A program made the position numbers and the translations under genes. A model generated the notes under the pieces. The model saw only the letters and a list, made by a program, of their open reading frames with translations, was not told the DNA's origin and searched no databases. From assembly GCA_965247095.1 (NCBI GenBank), contig OZ251997.1:4448001-4512000 (forward strand): a DNA stretch of 64,000 bases, given 5' to 3'. This DNA is from Candidatus Multivorans sp. Its GTDB lineage: Bacteria > Acidobacteriota > Thermoanaerobaculia > Multivoradales > Multivoraceae. This document shows, in pieces, positions 9,878-19,832 of this stretch. Every line of letters begins with the position of its first letter. Positions within the stretch are counted from its first letter, which is position 1.

Positions 9878-10963
9878 ATGGGCCAACTGCCGAAGTCCGT
9901 GATCATCACGGACGACACGATGAGGGAAGGGCTGCAGATCGAGAGTGCCGACATTCCCGTCTCGGAGAAGCTGCGGCTGCTCGATGCGTTGGGTGAGACC
10001 GGCGCCAAGGTGATCTCGATCGGCTCCTACGCCCACCCCAAGTGGACGCCGCAGATGGCCTGCATCGACGAGATCGCCGAGCGCTTCGTGCCCAAACCGG
10101 GTGTCCGCTACACGGCCGCGATCTTCAACCAGATCGGGTTCGAGCGCGCGGATCGCTGGTATCCCAAACTCGATGTCCGGCAGCGCCGGATCGGCACCCA
10201 CGTCGAGTTGTGCGACACCTTTGCCCGCCGTAACTACAACGCGACCCAGGCCCAGCAGATCGAGCGCATCCCGGCGATGATCGAACGGGCCCGCGCGGGC
10301 GGGGCCAAGTCGGGCGCGGTGGCGATCGGCAACCCCTTCGGCTCGAACTTCGAAGGTCCGTTCACCCTCGAGCAGCGGCTCGACCTGCTGGCGCTGATGA
10401 TCGACCGCTGGCATGAGAAGGGTCTTCCGGTCACCCGCTGCTCGATCATCGAGGCGATGGGTTGGAACATGCCCCACGAGGTGCGGGAGACGATCCTCGC
10501 GATTCGGGAGCGCTGGCCTGAGATCACCGATTTCCACTGCCACCTGCACAACACGCGCGGCGCCTCGATCGCCAGCTACTACGAGGCTCTGAGACTCGGC
10601 GTGCGGGAGTTCGACACCTCGATCGGCGGCATGGGCGGCTGCCCCTACTGCGGCAACGGCCGCGCGGCCGGTCACGTCCCCACCGAGGACTTCGTCGACT
10701 TCTGCCACGAACTCGGGGTCGAGACGGGTTACCGGCTCGACAAGCTGATCGAGGCCGCCTGGATCGCCGAGGAGGTGGTCGGCCATCCGCTCTGGGGCCA
10801 TGTCTCCAAGGCCGGACCGCGGCCTCGCACCAGCGACCTCTATCCGCGGCAGATGCCCTTCGTGGAGACCCTCGACGAGGCCTCCCATTTCCGCAACGGA
10901 CCGCCGGTGTATACCGGCCAGCGTTCTCCCTGGCGGCCCGACGCCGCCCTTTACCAGGAGTGA
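9878..10963 (+). CDS. DRE-TIM metallolyase (HMG-CoA lyase-like)
   Basis: DDTMREGLQ, HCHLHNTRG, GGMGGCPY, VPTED. Confidence 0.85.
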   Translation: MGQLPKSVIITDDTMREGLQIESADIPVSEKLRLLDALGETGAKVISIGSYAHPKWTPQMACIDEIAERFVPKPGVRYTAAIFNQIGFERADRWYPKLDVRQRRIGTHVELCDTFARRNYNATQAQQIERIPAMIERARAGGAKSGAVAIGNPFGSNFEGPFTLEQRLDLLALMIDRWHEKGLPVTRCSIIEAMGWNMPHEVRETILAIRERWPEITDFHCHLHNTRGASIASYYEALRLGVREFDTSIGGMGGCPYCGNGRAAGHVPTEDFVDFCHELGVETGYRLDKLIEAAWIAEEVVGHPLWGHVSKAGPRPRTSDLYPRQMPFVETLDEASHFRNGPPVYTGQRSPWRPDAALYQE

Positions 10964-12741
10964 CGGCTACCGCCGAAGCGGGGCCTTCCGCGAGCGTTCG
11001 CTACCAGGCGGACGAAAAGCCGCCGACGTTGCTCGCCGCGACGATGGGCCTCCAGTACGCGACCCTGTGCGTTGCCGGGATCGTGCTGACCCCGGCAATC
11101 ATCGTCCGCGCCGCCGGCGGTAGCGACGAGTACCTGGCATGGGCGGTGTTCGGAGCGATCTTCGTGAGCGGCATCACGACGATCCTGCAGGCGCAGCGGC
11201 TGTGGCGCATAGGGGCCGGCTACATCCTGCTCATGGGCACCTCCGGCGCCTTCATCGCGGTCAGCATCGCGGCCCTGAGCGCTGGCGGTCCGGTGCTCCT
11301 CGCCAAGCTGGTGATCGTCTCCTCGCTGTTCCAGTTCCTTCTCTCCGCGCGCCTGTTGCTGCTGCGGCGGCTGTTTACGACGACCGTCACCGGCACGGTG
11401 ATCATGCTGATCTCGGTCAGCGTCATGCCTATCGTGTTCGACCAACTGACGCAGGTTCCCGAGAGCGCCCCGCGGGCGGCCGGGCCGATCTCGTTTGCGG
11501 TGGCCATCGTGGTTATGGTTGCGTTCGGCCTGCGGGCCACCGGCATGTGGCGTCTCTGGGCGCCGGTCGCGGGTGTCGTCGCGGGCTCGATCGTCGCGGC
11601 GCCGCTTGGACTCTACGAGTTCGAGCGGGTGGCGGAGGCCGCGTGGATCGGTGCTCCGGTCGGCGGCTGGCCCGGGTTCGATCTGACCTTCGGGCCGTCC
11701 TTCTGGGCGCTGTTGCCGGGCTTCGTGATCGTGACCCTGATCGGGGCCGTCGAGACGATCGGCGATTCGGTCGGCATCCAGCGGGTCTCCTGGCGTGTGC
11801 CCCGGGCGCCGGACTACCGCGCGGTCCAGGGCGCCGTCGCTGCCGACGGTCTCGGCAACCTGCTCTCGGGTCTGGCGGGGACGGTGCCGAACACGACGTA
11901 CTCGAGCAGCATCTCGGTGACGGAGCTCACGGGCGTCGCATCGCGCCGGGTGGGGATGTGGATCGGCGTCATCTTCATCGGCCTGGCGTTTCTTCCCAAG
12001 GCGCTCGCCCTGGTGCTCGCGATTCCCGGCCCCGTTGCCGGGGCGTACCTGCTGGTTCTGATCTCCGTCCTGTTCGTCCTCGGGGCGCGGATCGCCGGTC
12101 AGGGCGGGTTGGACTACCGCAAGGCGCTCGTGATCGGCGTGTCGTTCTGGATCGGCGTCGGCTTCGAGCACGACCTGATCTTCAGCGATCAACTGGGCGG
12201 CTGGGCGGCGTCCATCCTGGGCAACGGCATGACCGCGGGTGGACTCACCGCGATCTGCCTGACTGCGTTCCTCGAATTGACCAGGCCGCGCCGCCGCCGC
12301 CCGGAGACCGACGTCAACTCGGCGTCCGCCGCCAGGATCGGCCGCTTCCTGAGCACCCAGGCCACGCGGGCGCGTTGGAGGACGGAGGCCGCCGAGCGCC
12401 TGTGGTCGGCGGGCGAGGAAGCCCTGCTCAGTTTGCTCGGCGAGGACGGGGAAGGGGACCGCGGCGCGAACCGCCGGCTGCTGCTCCTCGCCCGGGTCGA
12501 CCGCCAGACGGCCGAACTCGAGTTCATCGCGGCGCCGGGCGGGAGGAACATCGAAGATCGGCTGGTGCTGATGACTCCCGAGGCGCCTGCTCCGATCGAG
12601 AACGAGCTCTCGCTCCGCCTGCTGCGTCACTTTGCGTCCTCGGTGCAGCATCAGCAGTATCACGACACCGACGTGCTCACGGTCACCGTGAGCAGCGACA
12701 GCAAGGAGCCGAGCGGGCAGGTGGATACGGCGGGAATCTGA
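10960..12741 (+). CDS. NCS2 xanthine/uracil permease with C-terminal degenerate HATPase_c (RsbW-like) domain
   Basis: GTSGAF, VETIGD, ADGLGNLL, PNTTYSS, TGVASRRVG; roughly 140 aa soluble tail; GTGA overlap with the upstream gene. Confidence 0.8.
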   Translation: MTATAEAGPSASVRYQADEKPPTLLAATMGLQYATLCVAGIVLTPAIIVRAAGGSDEYLAWAVFGAIFVSGITTILQAQRLWRIGAGYILLMGTSGAFIAVSIAALSAGGPVLLAKLVIVSSLFQFLLSARLLLLRRLFTTTVTGTVIMLISVSVMPIVFDQLTQVPESAPRAAGPISFAVAIVVMVAFGLRATGMWRLWAPVAGVVAGSIVAAPLGLYEFERVAEAAWIGAPVGGWPGFDLTFGPSFWALLPGFVIVTLIGAVETIGDSVGIQRVSWRVPRAPDYRAVQGAVAADGLGNLLSGLAGTVPNTTYSSSISVTELTGVASRRVGMWIGVIFIGLAFLPKALALVLAIPGPVAGAYLLVLISVLFVLGARIAGQGGLDYRKALVIGVSFWIGVGFEHDLIFSDQLGGWAASILGNGMTAGGLTAICLTAFLELTRPRRRRPETDVNSASAARIGRFLSTQATRARWRTEAAERLWSAGEEALLSLLGEDGEGDRGANRRLLLLARVDRQTAELEFIAAPGGRNIEDRLVLMTPEAPAPIENELSLRLLRHFASSVQHQQYHDTDVLTVTVSSDSKEPSGQVDTAGI

Positions 12742-12816
12742 GAGGCGTCGGGAGCATTGTAGGATGCACGGCATCGATCACGCGCTGACGTACCGACCGC
12801 AGGACAGCCGAACAAA

Positions 12817-13494
12817 GTGACTGAAAGGCCCCACCTGACGTTCGTCGAGGAGATTCTCCTCCTCCTTCTGGACGACGACACCGGCGCGATGAAACGGGTC
12901 GCGCCGAACGTGATGGAGCTGCTCATTGCCGGCGCCATCCTGATGGACTTGGCGCTGCGCGGCCGCCTGGACTGCGACCTGCAGAAGCTGGTCGTCGTCG
13001 ATGCGACGCCGGTGGGCGAGGAGATCCTCGACCGTCCGCTGGCGGAGATCGCCGGCGCCGACGACGAGGCAGACCCCCGAACCTGGGTGGTCCGGCTTTC
13101 GGCCCGGAGCAAGGAAACCCAGGAAGCGGCGCTGACACGCCTGGTCGAGCGCGGGATTCTCCGGGTCGAGGATCGGAACTTCCTGTGGGTGTTCGGCAGC
13201 CGCCGTTACCCCATGCTCGACGATCGGGAGGAGCGGGAGGTCAAGCTACGGATTCTGGACGTGCTGTTGAGCGACCGGATTCCGGCGCCGAGAGATGTCG
13301 CGCTGATCTGTCTGGCCGACGCCTCGAACGCCTTCCAGGTCATTCTCAGTCCGCAGGAGTTGCGGCACGCGGCGGCGCGGATCGAGTTGGTCCGCGGCTT
13401 CGATCTGATCGGCCAGGCAATGACTCGCGCGATCCAGAAGTCCGTTCAAGACATTGCCGCCGCGACGGCGACGGCCCATCACCCCTTCTATTGA
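12817..13494 (+). CDS. GOLPH3/GPP34 family protein
   Basis: LTFVEEILLLLLDDDTG, GAILMDLALRGRL, LVERGIL..FLWVFGSRRYP. Confidence 0.85.
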   Translation: MTERPHLTFVEEILLLLLDDDTGAMKRVAPNVMELLIAGAILMDLALRGRLDCDLQKLVVVDATPVGEEILDRPLAEIAGADDEADPRTWVVRLSARSKETQEAALTRLVERGILRVEDRNFLWVFGSRRYPMLDDREEREVKLRILDVLLSDRIPAPRDVALICLADASNAFQVILSPQELRHAAARIELVRGFDLIGQAMTRAIQKSVQDIAAATATAHHPFY

Positions 13495-13513
13495 GACCAG
13501 GAGAGTACTTGGC

Positions 13514-13855
13514 GTGATCGAGAGCACGAAGATCGGAGACGTGGTCGTTTGGGCCCCTGAGGGGCGAGTCGACGCCTCCTGTGCGCCGGACCTGGAGCAG
13601 GCCATGATGGCCAAGATCGGCGAAGGGGGTCGGGACGTCGTTCTGGATCTGGACCGCACCCGTTACATGAGCAGCGCCGGCTTACGCGTGGTGTTGGTCG
13701 TCGCCAGGGCCCTGCAGGCAAAGAACGGACACTTCGCCGTGTGCGGTCTGAACGACGAGGTGAAGGAGCTGTTCGAGGTCAGCGGCTTCAGCCTGATCGT
13801 GAATATCGTGCCGAACCGCGACGCCGCGGTGGCCGCGGTTCAGCAGGCCGACTGA
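13514..13855 (+). CDS. STAS-domain anti-sigma factor antagonist
   Basis: GRVDA, LDLDRTRYMSSAGLRVVL (phospho-Ser site), VKELFEVSGF; AGGAG before GTG. Confidence 0.9.
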   Translation: MIESTKIGDVVVWAPEGRVDASCAPDLEQAMMAKIGEGGRDVVLDLDRTRYMSSAGLRVVLVVARALQAKNGHFAVCGLNDEVKELFEVSGFSLIVNIVPNRDAAVAAVQQAD

Positions 13856-13986
13856 GACTCCGGCCTGAGAAGCGGGCCGTTCGCCCGCGGCACCGCGGAT
13901 GCGCGTCTTCTCTCCCAACCTTGGTCCACTCTCCGGCTCAGGGCGCCCGCTCTACCTGGCGGGCATGGCTCCTGTCACCAAGGCCC

Positions 13987-15324
13987 CTACAGCGACCAGC
14001 CTTCCCGATACGTCGGCTGGATGTACTCCCGCGGCACGACGACGCCGTTGGTCACCTTCAGCTTCTTCGGGTTCCAGACGATCTTCCGCTGCGAGCGGAC
14101 CGCCAGGTTGCCGAGCAACGCGGTCTCGGTCATCGGGCCCGCGTGATCTGCGAAGTTGGAACCGTCCGGGTTCGTGGTGCCCGTCTTGATCGCGTCGATC
14201 CACTGCTTGTAGTGGCCATCGGTGCGCTCGTAGGTCTGCGGAACCGGGTTCTTGGCGATCTTCTCGTGCAGCTCCGTCGGGTAAATCGTCGGCTTGCCGG
14301 CGTAGATGTCGGCGGTGATCACGCCCTTGGCGCCGACGAACAACTGGCCGCTGTTGCCCGGCGGCCACTTGCCCTCGAACACCTTCGGCATCTGCGGCGT
14401 CAGGTTGCCGTCGCGCCAGACGACGGTCATCTTCGGGCGATTGCCGCGGGCGGGGTACTCGAAGGTGATCCGGGTCGAGGCGGGCGCCGTCTCCTTGAAC
14501 AGCGGCGTCGACTCGGCGTAGACGGACGACGGGTCGCGCAGGTCGAAGATCCAGAACGCGGCGTCCATCGCGTGGCAGGCAATGTCGCCGATCGCGCCGG
14601 TGCCGAAGTCCCACCAGCCGCGCCAGGCGAACGGGTGGTAGTACTCGGAATGGTAGGGGCGCTCGGGCGCGGGGCCGAGCCACAGATCCCAGGCAACGTG
14701 CTCCGGCACCTCGTGGACTTCTTCGGGGCGCTTCATCGCCTGCGGCCAGATCGGCCGGTTCGTCCAGTACTCGACCCGATCCACCTCGCCGATCACGCCG
14801 GCTTCGATCCACTCGCGGATCAGGCGCGTGCCTTCGCCCGCGTGGCCCTGGTTGCCCATCTGGGTCGCGGTCCCCGCCTTGCGGGCGGCCTCGCCGATCA
14901 TCCGCGCCTCCCAGATCGTCCGCGTCAGCGGCTTCTGGGTGAAGACGTGGAGGCCGCGTTCGAGCGCCGCCGCGGTGATCACGGCGTGGGTGTGATCGGC
15001 GGTCGACACCATGACCGCGTCGAGCTCGTCGCCGTGCGCGTCGAGCAGCTCGCGGTAGTCGTGGTAGCGCGCCGCGTCGGGATGCGCTTCCACGGTCTCC
15101 TTCGCCCGCTCCCAGTCGATGTCGCAGAGGGCCACGATGTTCTCGCTCGCAACGCCGACGACGTCGCTCCGTCCCTTGCCGCCGGCGCCGATGGCAGCGA
15201 TGTTCAGTTTGTCGCTGGGCGCTTCCTGGCCCCGGCCGAGGACGTGCCGTGGGACGATCATCCATCCCGCACCGGCGGCGGTGGCGCCCAGCATCGTGCG
15301 CCGGGTCATCTCTTGCGTAGGCAT
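13987..15324 (-). CDS. Tat-exported Gfo/Idh/MocA oxidoreductase
   Basis: MTRRTML Tat motif; IGAGGKG, VFTQKPL, WDLWLGPAP, WRGWWDFGTGAIGD. Confidence 0.88.
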   Translation of the reverse strand: MPTQEMTRRTMLGATAAGAGWMIVPRHVLGRGQEAPSDKLNIAAIGAGGKGRSDVVGVASENIVALCDIDWERAKETVEAHPDAARYHDYRELLDAHGDELDAVMVSTADHTHAVITAAALERGLHVFTQKPLTRTIWEARMIGEAARKAGTATQMGNQGHAGEGTRLIREWIEAGVIGEVDRVEYWTNRPIWPQAMKRPEEVHEVPEHVAWDLWLGPAPERPYHSEYYHPFAWRGWWDFGTGAIGDIACHAMDAAFWIFDLRDPSSVYAESTPLFKETAPASTRITFEYPARGNRPKMTVVWRDGNLTPQMPKVFEGKWPPGNSGQLFVGAKGVITADIYAGKPTIYPTELHEKIAKNPVPQTYERTDGHYKQWIDAIKTGTTNPDGSNFADHAGPMTETALLGNLAVRSQRKIVWNPKKLKVTNGVVVPREYIQPTYREGWSL

Positions 15325-15449
15325 CAGAACCTGCCTTTCCGTGTTTCTTCGTGCAGCCTGGGTGTGAGGTAGGTTACCGCAACCCTTGAACGTAAGAGGC
15401 AAGGGGAGCCGCCAATGCTCCGTCGCGCGCCCAGGGAGGAAGCACCGAG

Positions 15450-17501
15450 ATGTCAGGCTGCACGATGACACTTAGGAGGAGTCTCGACGGAGGCCGCGCA
15501 GGCGGCGGATGGCCCCGAGTGGCCTTGCTCTGCATGGTCTGCTGCGTCGCTGGCGGATCAGGCGCTCCGGGCGCGGAGTCCGCGAAGCAGGGGCACTCGG
15601 CCGACGGGGAATGGCGGCACCACGGCGGCGACCACGCCTCGAGCCGCTACTCGCCGGCGGCCCAGATCGACGGCTCGAACTTCGGCCGGTTGGACGTCGC
15701 GTGGCGGTGGCGGACGCCGGATCACGAGGTGCCGCTCGACGTCCTGCCGGGCTACGACACCGGCCACTACCGCTCCGTACCGCTGATGATCGGCGGCCGA
15801 CTGTTTGCGCCCACCAGCCTCGGACAGGTGGCGCTGCTCGATCCGGCGACCGGCGAGCAGCAGTGGGTCTACAACCCTCGGACCTGGGAGCGCGGCGGCA
15901 CCACGATGCGCCCGGTCGGCGCGCGCGGCATCGAGTACTGGTCCGACGGCGAGAAGGAACGGCTGTTCGTTGCGACGATCGGCCGCCAGCTCGTCTCGAT
16001 CGACGCCGCCACCGGCGAGGCCGACCGCGCCTTCGGCGAGGACGGCGTGGTCGACCTGGCGCGCGATCTCGGCCCGGGCGAGTACACCGTTCGCCACATC
16101 ACCCATGGCGCACCGCCGATCGTGGTCGGCAACAGCGTCATCGTGGGCTCCAAGATCTTCGACTACTCGACGAAGAGCGACGCGCCGCCGGGACACGTCC
16201 GGGCCTACGACGTCCACACCGGCGAGTTCAAGTGGCGCTTCAACACCATCCCGCGGGACGACGAGGTCGGGGTCGAGACCTGGGAGAACGAGTCCTGGCG
16301 CACCGCCGGCAACGCGAACGTGTGGACGGCGATGAGCGCCGACCACGAACTGGGCTACGTCTACCTGCCGACGAGCACGCCTTCGAACGACTACTACGGC
16401 GCCGACCGGCCAGGCGCCAACCTGTTCGCGGAGAGCCTGGTCTGCGTCGACGCGGACACCGGCGAGCGCATCTGGCACTTCCAGACCGTCCACCACGGCA
16501 TCTGGGACTACGACATCGCCTCGCCCCCGAACCTGATCGACATCGTCACAGACGGCAAGCTGATCAAGGCGGTGGCCCAGGTCTCGAAGACCGGCTTCAC
16601 CTACGTCTTCGACCGCGCGACCGGCGAGCCGGTCTGGCCGATCGAGGAGCGGCCGGTGAACGCCAAGTCGACGGTGGCGGGCGAGAAGCTGTCGCAGACG
16701 CAGCCGTTCCCGACCAAACCGCCGGCGTTCGAGCGCCAGGGCGTCAGCGAGAACGACCTGATCGACTGGACCCCGGAGCTGCGCGCAGAAGCGCTCAAGA
16801 TCGCCGAGAAGCTGGTGCTGGCGCCGATGTTCCCACCCCTGATCGTCCAGGGCGAGGGCGGCAAGGAGGGAGTGCTCGTGGTTCCAGGGGCCGCCGGCGG
16901 CGCCAACTGGCCCGGCGCCTCGGTCGACCCGATGACGGGCACGCTCTTCGTCGAGTCGCAGAATCGGCCCACAGGCATGTCCCTGGTGGCGCCGGATGCG
17001 GCCCGTTCCGACTGGCGCTACGTGATCGACTACGTCGACACGAGTGGGCCGCAGGGCCTGCCGTTGACCAAGCCGCCGTACCGGACCATCACCGCGATCG
17101 ACCTGAACCGGGGCGAGCACCGCTGGCGGATCCCCGTCGGCGCCGGCCCGAAGAACCATCCGGCGATCGCGCACCTGAACCTGGACGACATGGGCACCGT
17201 CTACTTCGGCATGCCGGCCGAAGGCGGTCTGCTCGTCACTCGCACCCTGTTGATCGGTTTCGTCGCCGTGGACGAGGACGGCAACCGCTCGGCCGAAGGC
17301 GGCCTTCTGCGCGCCTACGACAAGGCGACCGGTGAGTTGCTCGCGGAAGTGGAAACCGATATCTGGCTGCACGGCCCGCCGATGACCTACATGCATCAGG
17401 GCCGGCAGTACATCGTCGTCGCCGGCGGGGGCGCGCGGAACCGCCGGGTGCCCGACGAGTTGATTGCCTACGCGTTGCCGGAGTCGACGATTGGAGGCTA
17501 A
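15450..17501 (+). CDS. PQQ-dependent dehydrogenase (glucose dehydrogenase-like)
   Basis: EWRHHGGD..RYSP, WHFQTVHHGIWDYD, GGANWPG, PMTYMHQGRQYIVV; exact start uncertain. Confidence 0.88.
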   Translation: MSGCTMTLRRSLDGGRAGGGWPRVALLCMVCCVAGGSGAPGAESAKQGHSADGEWRHHGGDHASSRYSPAAQIDGSNFGRLDVAWRWRTPDHEVPLDVLPGYDTGHYRSVPLMIGGRLFAPTSLGQVALLDPATGEQQWVYNPRTWERGGTTMRPVGARGIEYWSDGEKERLFVATIGRQLVSIDAATGEADRAFGEDGVVDLARDLGPGEYTVRHITHGAPPIVVGNSVIVGSKIFDYSTKSDAPPGHVRAYDVHTGEFKWRFNTIPRDDEVGVETWENESWRTAGNANVWTAMSADHELGYVYLPTSTPSNDYYGADRPGANLFAESLVCVDADTGERIWHFQTVHHGIWDYDIASPPNLIDIVTDGKLIKAVAQVSKTGFTYVFDRATGEPVWPIEERPVNAKSTVAGEKLSQTQPFPTKPPAFERQGVSENDLIDWTPELRAEALKIAEKLVLAPMFPPLIVQGEGGKEGVLVVPGAAGGANWPGASVDPMTGTLFVESQNRPTGMSLVAPDAARSDWRYVIDYVDTSGPQGLPLTKPPYRTITAIDLNRGEHRWRIPVGAGPKNHPAIAHLNLDDMGTVYFGMPAEGGLLVTRTLLIGFVAVDEDGNRSAEGGLLRAYDKATGELLAEVETDIWLHGPPMTYMHQGRQYIVVAGGGARNRRVPDELIAYALPESTIGG

Positions 17502-17505
17502 GTCA

Positions 17506-18270
17506 ATGAAAAGCAGTCCCTGGGAACGCGGGCATCCTGCCCGCATCCGGCGCGAAGCGCCGGCAATTGGCTTCGTGGGGGTTGTGTTGATGTCACTCTT
17601 CTTTCTGGCCTTCGGCGCGCTGCCCGTCGCCGCCGAATGCGAGCCTCGAGAGGCCGAAGGCCCGGTCACCGTCGAGTCCTGCCCGATCGAGAACGCCGAC
17701 TACCCCCTGGTGCGGGCAGAGATGACAGTCCGAGGTTCCATGTCGGCAGTCATCGCTCTCCTCGCCGACGCCGCGGCCTGCCCCGACTGGCAGTCCATGT
17801 GCGTCGAAGAACGCGCGACCCCGCTCGACGCCCCGTTTCAGACCCTGCGCCAACGCGTCTCCGGCAAGGGCATCAGCCGGCGCATCACCATGGACCGCGC
17901 GTCATGGTGGCGGACCGCCGACGGCCACGTCATCGGCGACATGGCCGGCGCCGACGACATGACACCCGAATTCAAGGGGAAGCGGGTCCTCTGCGTGCGG
18001 TCACGCTGGTTCCTGGCCCCCGGTGACGAAGAAGGAACGATCGAGATCGTTCAGGAAACCGTCAGCGACCCGCAACCCCCCTTCGGCCTCGGCGCGGGAG
18101 CCGTGACGCCCCGCACCGCGAAGACGCTGCTCGAGACGTTTTCGAACCTCGGCGCCCGGCTCGGTGCCGGCCAGCACGGCGCCGGCCCGGACATCGAGTC
18201 GTTGCCGCTTCTGGAGACGGACCTGCCGGACATCGGCGCCGAGTTCGCCCGCTGCCAGGCGGCGCGGTAA
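17506..18270 (+). CDS. secreted START/SRPBCC-like domain protein
   Basis: GGAGG RBS, hydrophobic signal region, VRAEMTV..LLADAAACPDW..SRWFLAP..ETVSDP pattern. Confidence 0.5.
   Translation: MKSSPWERGHPARIRREAPAIGFVGVVLMSLFFLAFGALPVAAECEPREAEGPVTVESCPIENADYPLVRAEMTVRGSMSAVIALLADAAACPDWQSMCVEERATPLDAPFQTLRQRVSGKGISRRITMDRASWWRTADGHVIGDMAGADDMTPEFKGKRVLCVRSRWFLAPGDEEGTIEIVQETVSDPQPPFGLGAGAVTPRTAKTLLETFSNLGARLGAGQHGAGPDIESLPLLETDLPDIGAEFARCQAAR
17519..17563 (+). repeat. REP-like palindrome, copy 1
   Basis: CCTGGGAAC-GCGGGCA-TCC-TGCCCGC-ATCCGG followed by second hairpin CCGGCGC-GAA-GCGCCGG. Confidence 0.65.
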
Positions 18271-18383
18271 GCCGCGTCGGTCACGCCTGTCTAGGGTGGG
18301 GCAGGCTGTTCAACAGCTCGGCTTCGCCCAGGAGACGGTTGCCTGATTGCCTCGGGTTGACCGAGTCACGCCAGCATGACAGA

Positions 18384-18403
18384 GTGTCTCGCAGATGAGA
18401 TAC
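18384..18403 (+). promoter_or_regulatory. putative antitoxin operator
   Basis: Inverted repeat GTGTCTC-N6-GAGATAC immediately before the GGAGG RBS of relB/dinJ. Confidence 0.45.
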
Positions 18404-18414
18404 GGGAGGCTCCG

Positions 18415-18696
18415 ATGACGACGGAGAGTTCGATGCTGCACGTCCGGATGGACACCGAGATGAAGCAGAAAGCGACCGCGGCGCTCACGGCGATGGGACT
18501 GACGGCCTCGGAAGCCGTGCGGCTACTGTTTCACCGCATCGCCGTCGATCAGGCCTTCCCGCTCGAACTCAAGGTGCCGAACGCGCAGACCCGCCACGCC
18601 ATGGCCGAGGTGGACGAGATGGTGAAGAAGCGCAGCGCGCGGTTCGCCAGCGCGGACGAGGTGTTTGCGGAGCCTGAAGAAGCCAGCGGCCAGTAA
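18415..18696 (+). CDS. RelB/DinJ family antitoxin
   Basis: MLHVRMD..KQKA..LTAMGLTASEAVRLL..FPLELKVPN. Confidence 0.9.
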   Translation: MTTESSMLHVRMDTEMKQKATAALTAMGLTASEAVRLLFHRIAVDQAFPLELKVPNAQTRHAMAEVDEMVKKRSARFASADEVFAEPEEASGQ

Positions 18697-18718
18697 ACGG
18701 GCCAAGCTGCCGCGCCAG
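18677..18718 (+). pseudogene. N-terminal remnant of a YafQ-like toxin
   Basis: KKPAASKRAKLPR overlaps the antitoxin 3' end, resembles the start of cognate YafQ toxins, then similarity stops. Confidence 0.45.
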
Positions 18719-18815
18719 GAGAGGGCCTGGGAGATGCGAGGGGAGCAGTATGTTCTGATGAAGTCCCCATCGGCCTCGGGGAGCCGGCGCTGCAGGAGAC
18801 CGGCGTTCCCAGGCG

Positions 18816-19832
18816 TTACCCCAGCACGATCTCCGCCGCCTGCCGCAGCTCGTCCTTGCTGGCGGCGCCGACCATCAGGGTGGTCACGTCGCTGTCTTCG
18901 AAGGCCTGGAGGCGGTCCTTGATCCGTTCGGGAGGGCCGACGAGGGAGATCTCGTCGGCGAAGCCGTCGGGAACGGCGGCGATTGCTTCCGCTCGCTTGC
19001 CGGACATGAACAGGTCCTGGATTTGGAAGGACTCGGCCTCCCAGCCCATGCGGGCCATCAGTTCGCGGTGAAAATTGCGCTTCTTGGCGCCCATGCCGCC
19101 GACGTAGAGGGCCAGGGACTGCTTGATCGGCAGCAGGGCCTCGGCGACATCGTCGTGGACCCGGAGCCGGGCGCCGTAGGGGACTTCGAAGTCGTCCCGG
19201 TGGCCGGCCAGGGACTCGGCGTAGACCTCGGGGCGGTAGGGGGAGTAGTAGAGGGGCAGCCAGCCGCTGCAGAGTTCGGCGGCGAGGGCGACGTTCTTGG
19301 GCCCTTCGGCGCCGAGGAAGATCGGCAGATCGGAGCGCAATGGATGGACGATCGAGCGCAGCGGCTTGCCGAGACCCCAGGAGCCCTCGCCGGTGTAGGG
19401 GAGCTGGTAGTGCTCGCTGTGCTGGGTCACCGGCTCCTGGCGGGCGAGGATCTTCTGGATGATCTCGATGTAGGCGCGGGTGCGCGACAGGGGCTTGGCG
19501 AAGGGTTGCCCGTACCAGCCCTCGACGACCTGGGGGCCGGAGACGCCGAGGCCGAGGATGACCCGGCCCTGGGACAGGTGGTCCAGGGTCATTGCGTGCA
19601 TCGCCGTGGCGGCAGGCGTGCGCGCCGAGATCTGGGCGATGCCGGTGCCGAGGCGGATCTTCGAAGTGTGGGCGCCGATCCAGGTCAGGGGCGTGAACAC
19701 GTCCGATCCCCATGCCTCGGCGGTGAAGACGCAGTCGTAGCCGAGCGCTTCCGCTTCGACTGCCATATCGACGAAGTCGGGGCGCGGTCCCGCGCCCCAG
19801 TAACCGAGCTGGAGTCCGAGTTTGAGTGCCAT
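18816..19832 (-). CDS. LLM-class F420-dependent oxidoreductase
   Basis: AEAWGSD, GTGIAQISARTP, GLGVSGPQVVEGWYG, GAEGPKN. Confidence 0.9.
   Translation of the reverse strand: MALKLGLQLGYWGAGPRPDFVDMAVEAEALGYDCVFTAEAWGSDVFTPLTWIGAHTSKIRLGTGIAQISARTPAATAMHAMTLDHLSQGRVILGLGVSGPQVVEGWYGQPFAKPLSRTRAYIEIIQKILARQEPVTQHSEHYQLPYTGEGSWGLGKPLRSIVHPLRSDLPIFLGAEGPKNVALAAELCSGWLPLYYSPYRPEVYAESLAGHRDDFEVPYGARLRVHDDVAEALLPIKQSLALYVGGMGAKKRNFHRELMARMGWEAESFQIQDLFMSGKRAEAIAAVPDGFADEISLVGPPERIKDRLQAFEDSDVTTLMVGAASKDELRQAAEIVLG

Noticed and set aside
8036-10888. Apparent large fusions in the ORF track (950, 866, 764, 843 and 619 aa)
   Set aside because: The N-terminal extensions overlap other real genes; the true starts lie downstream.
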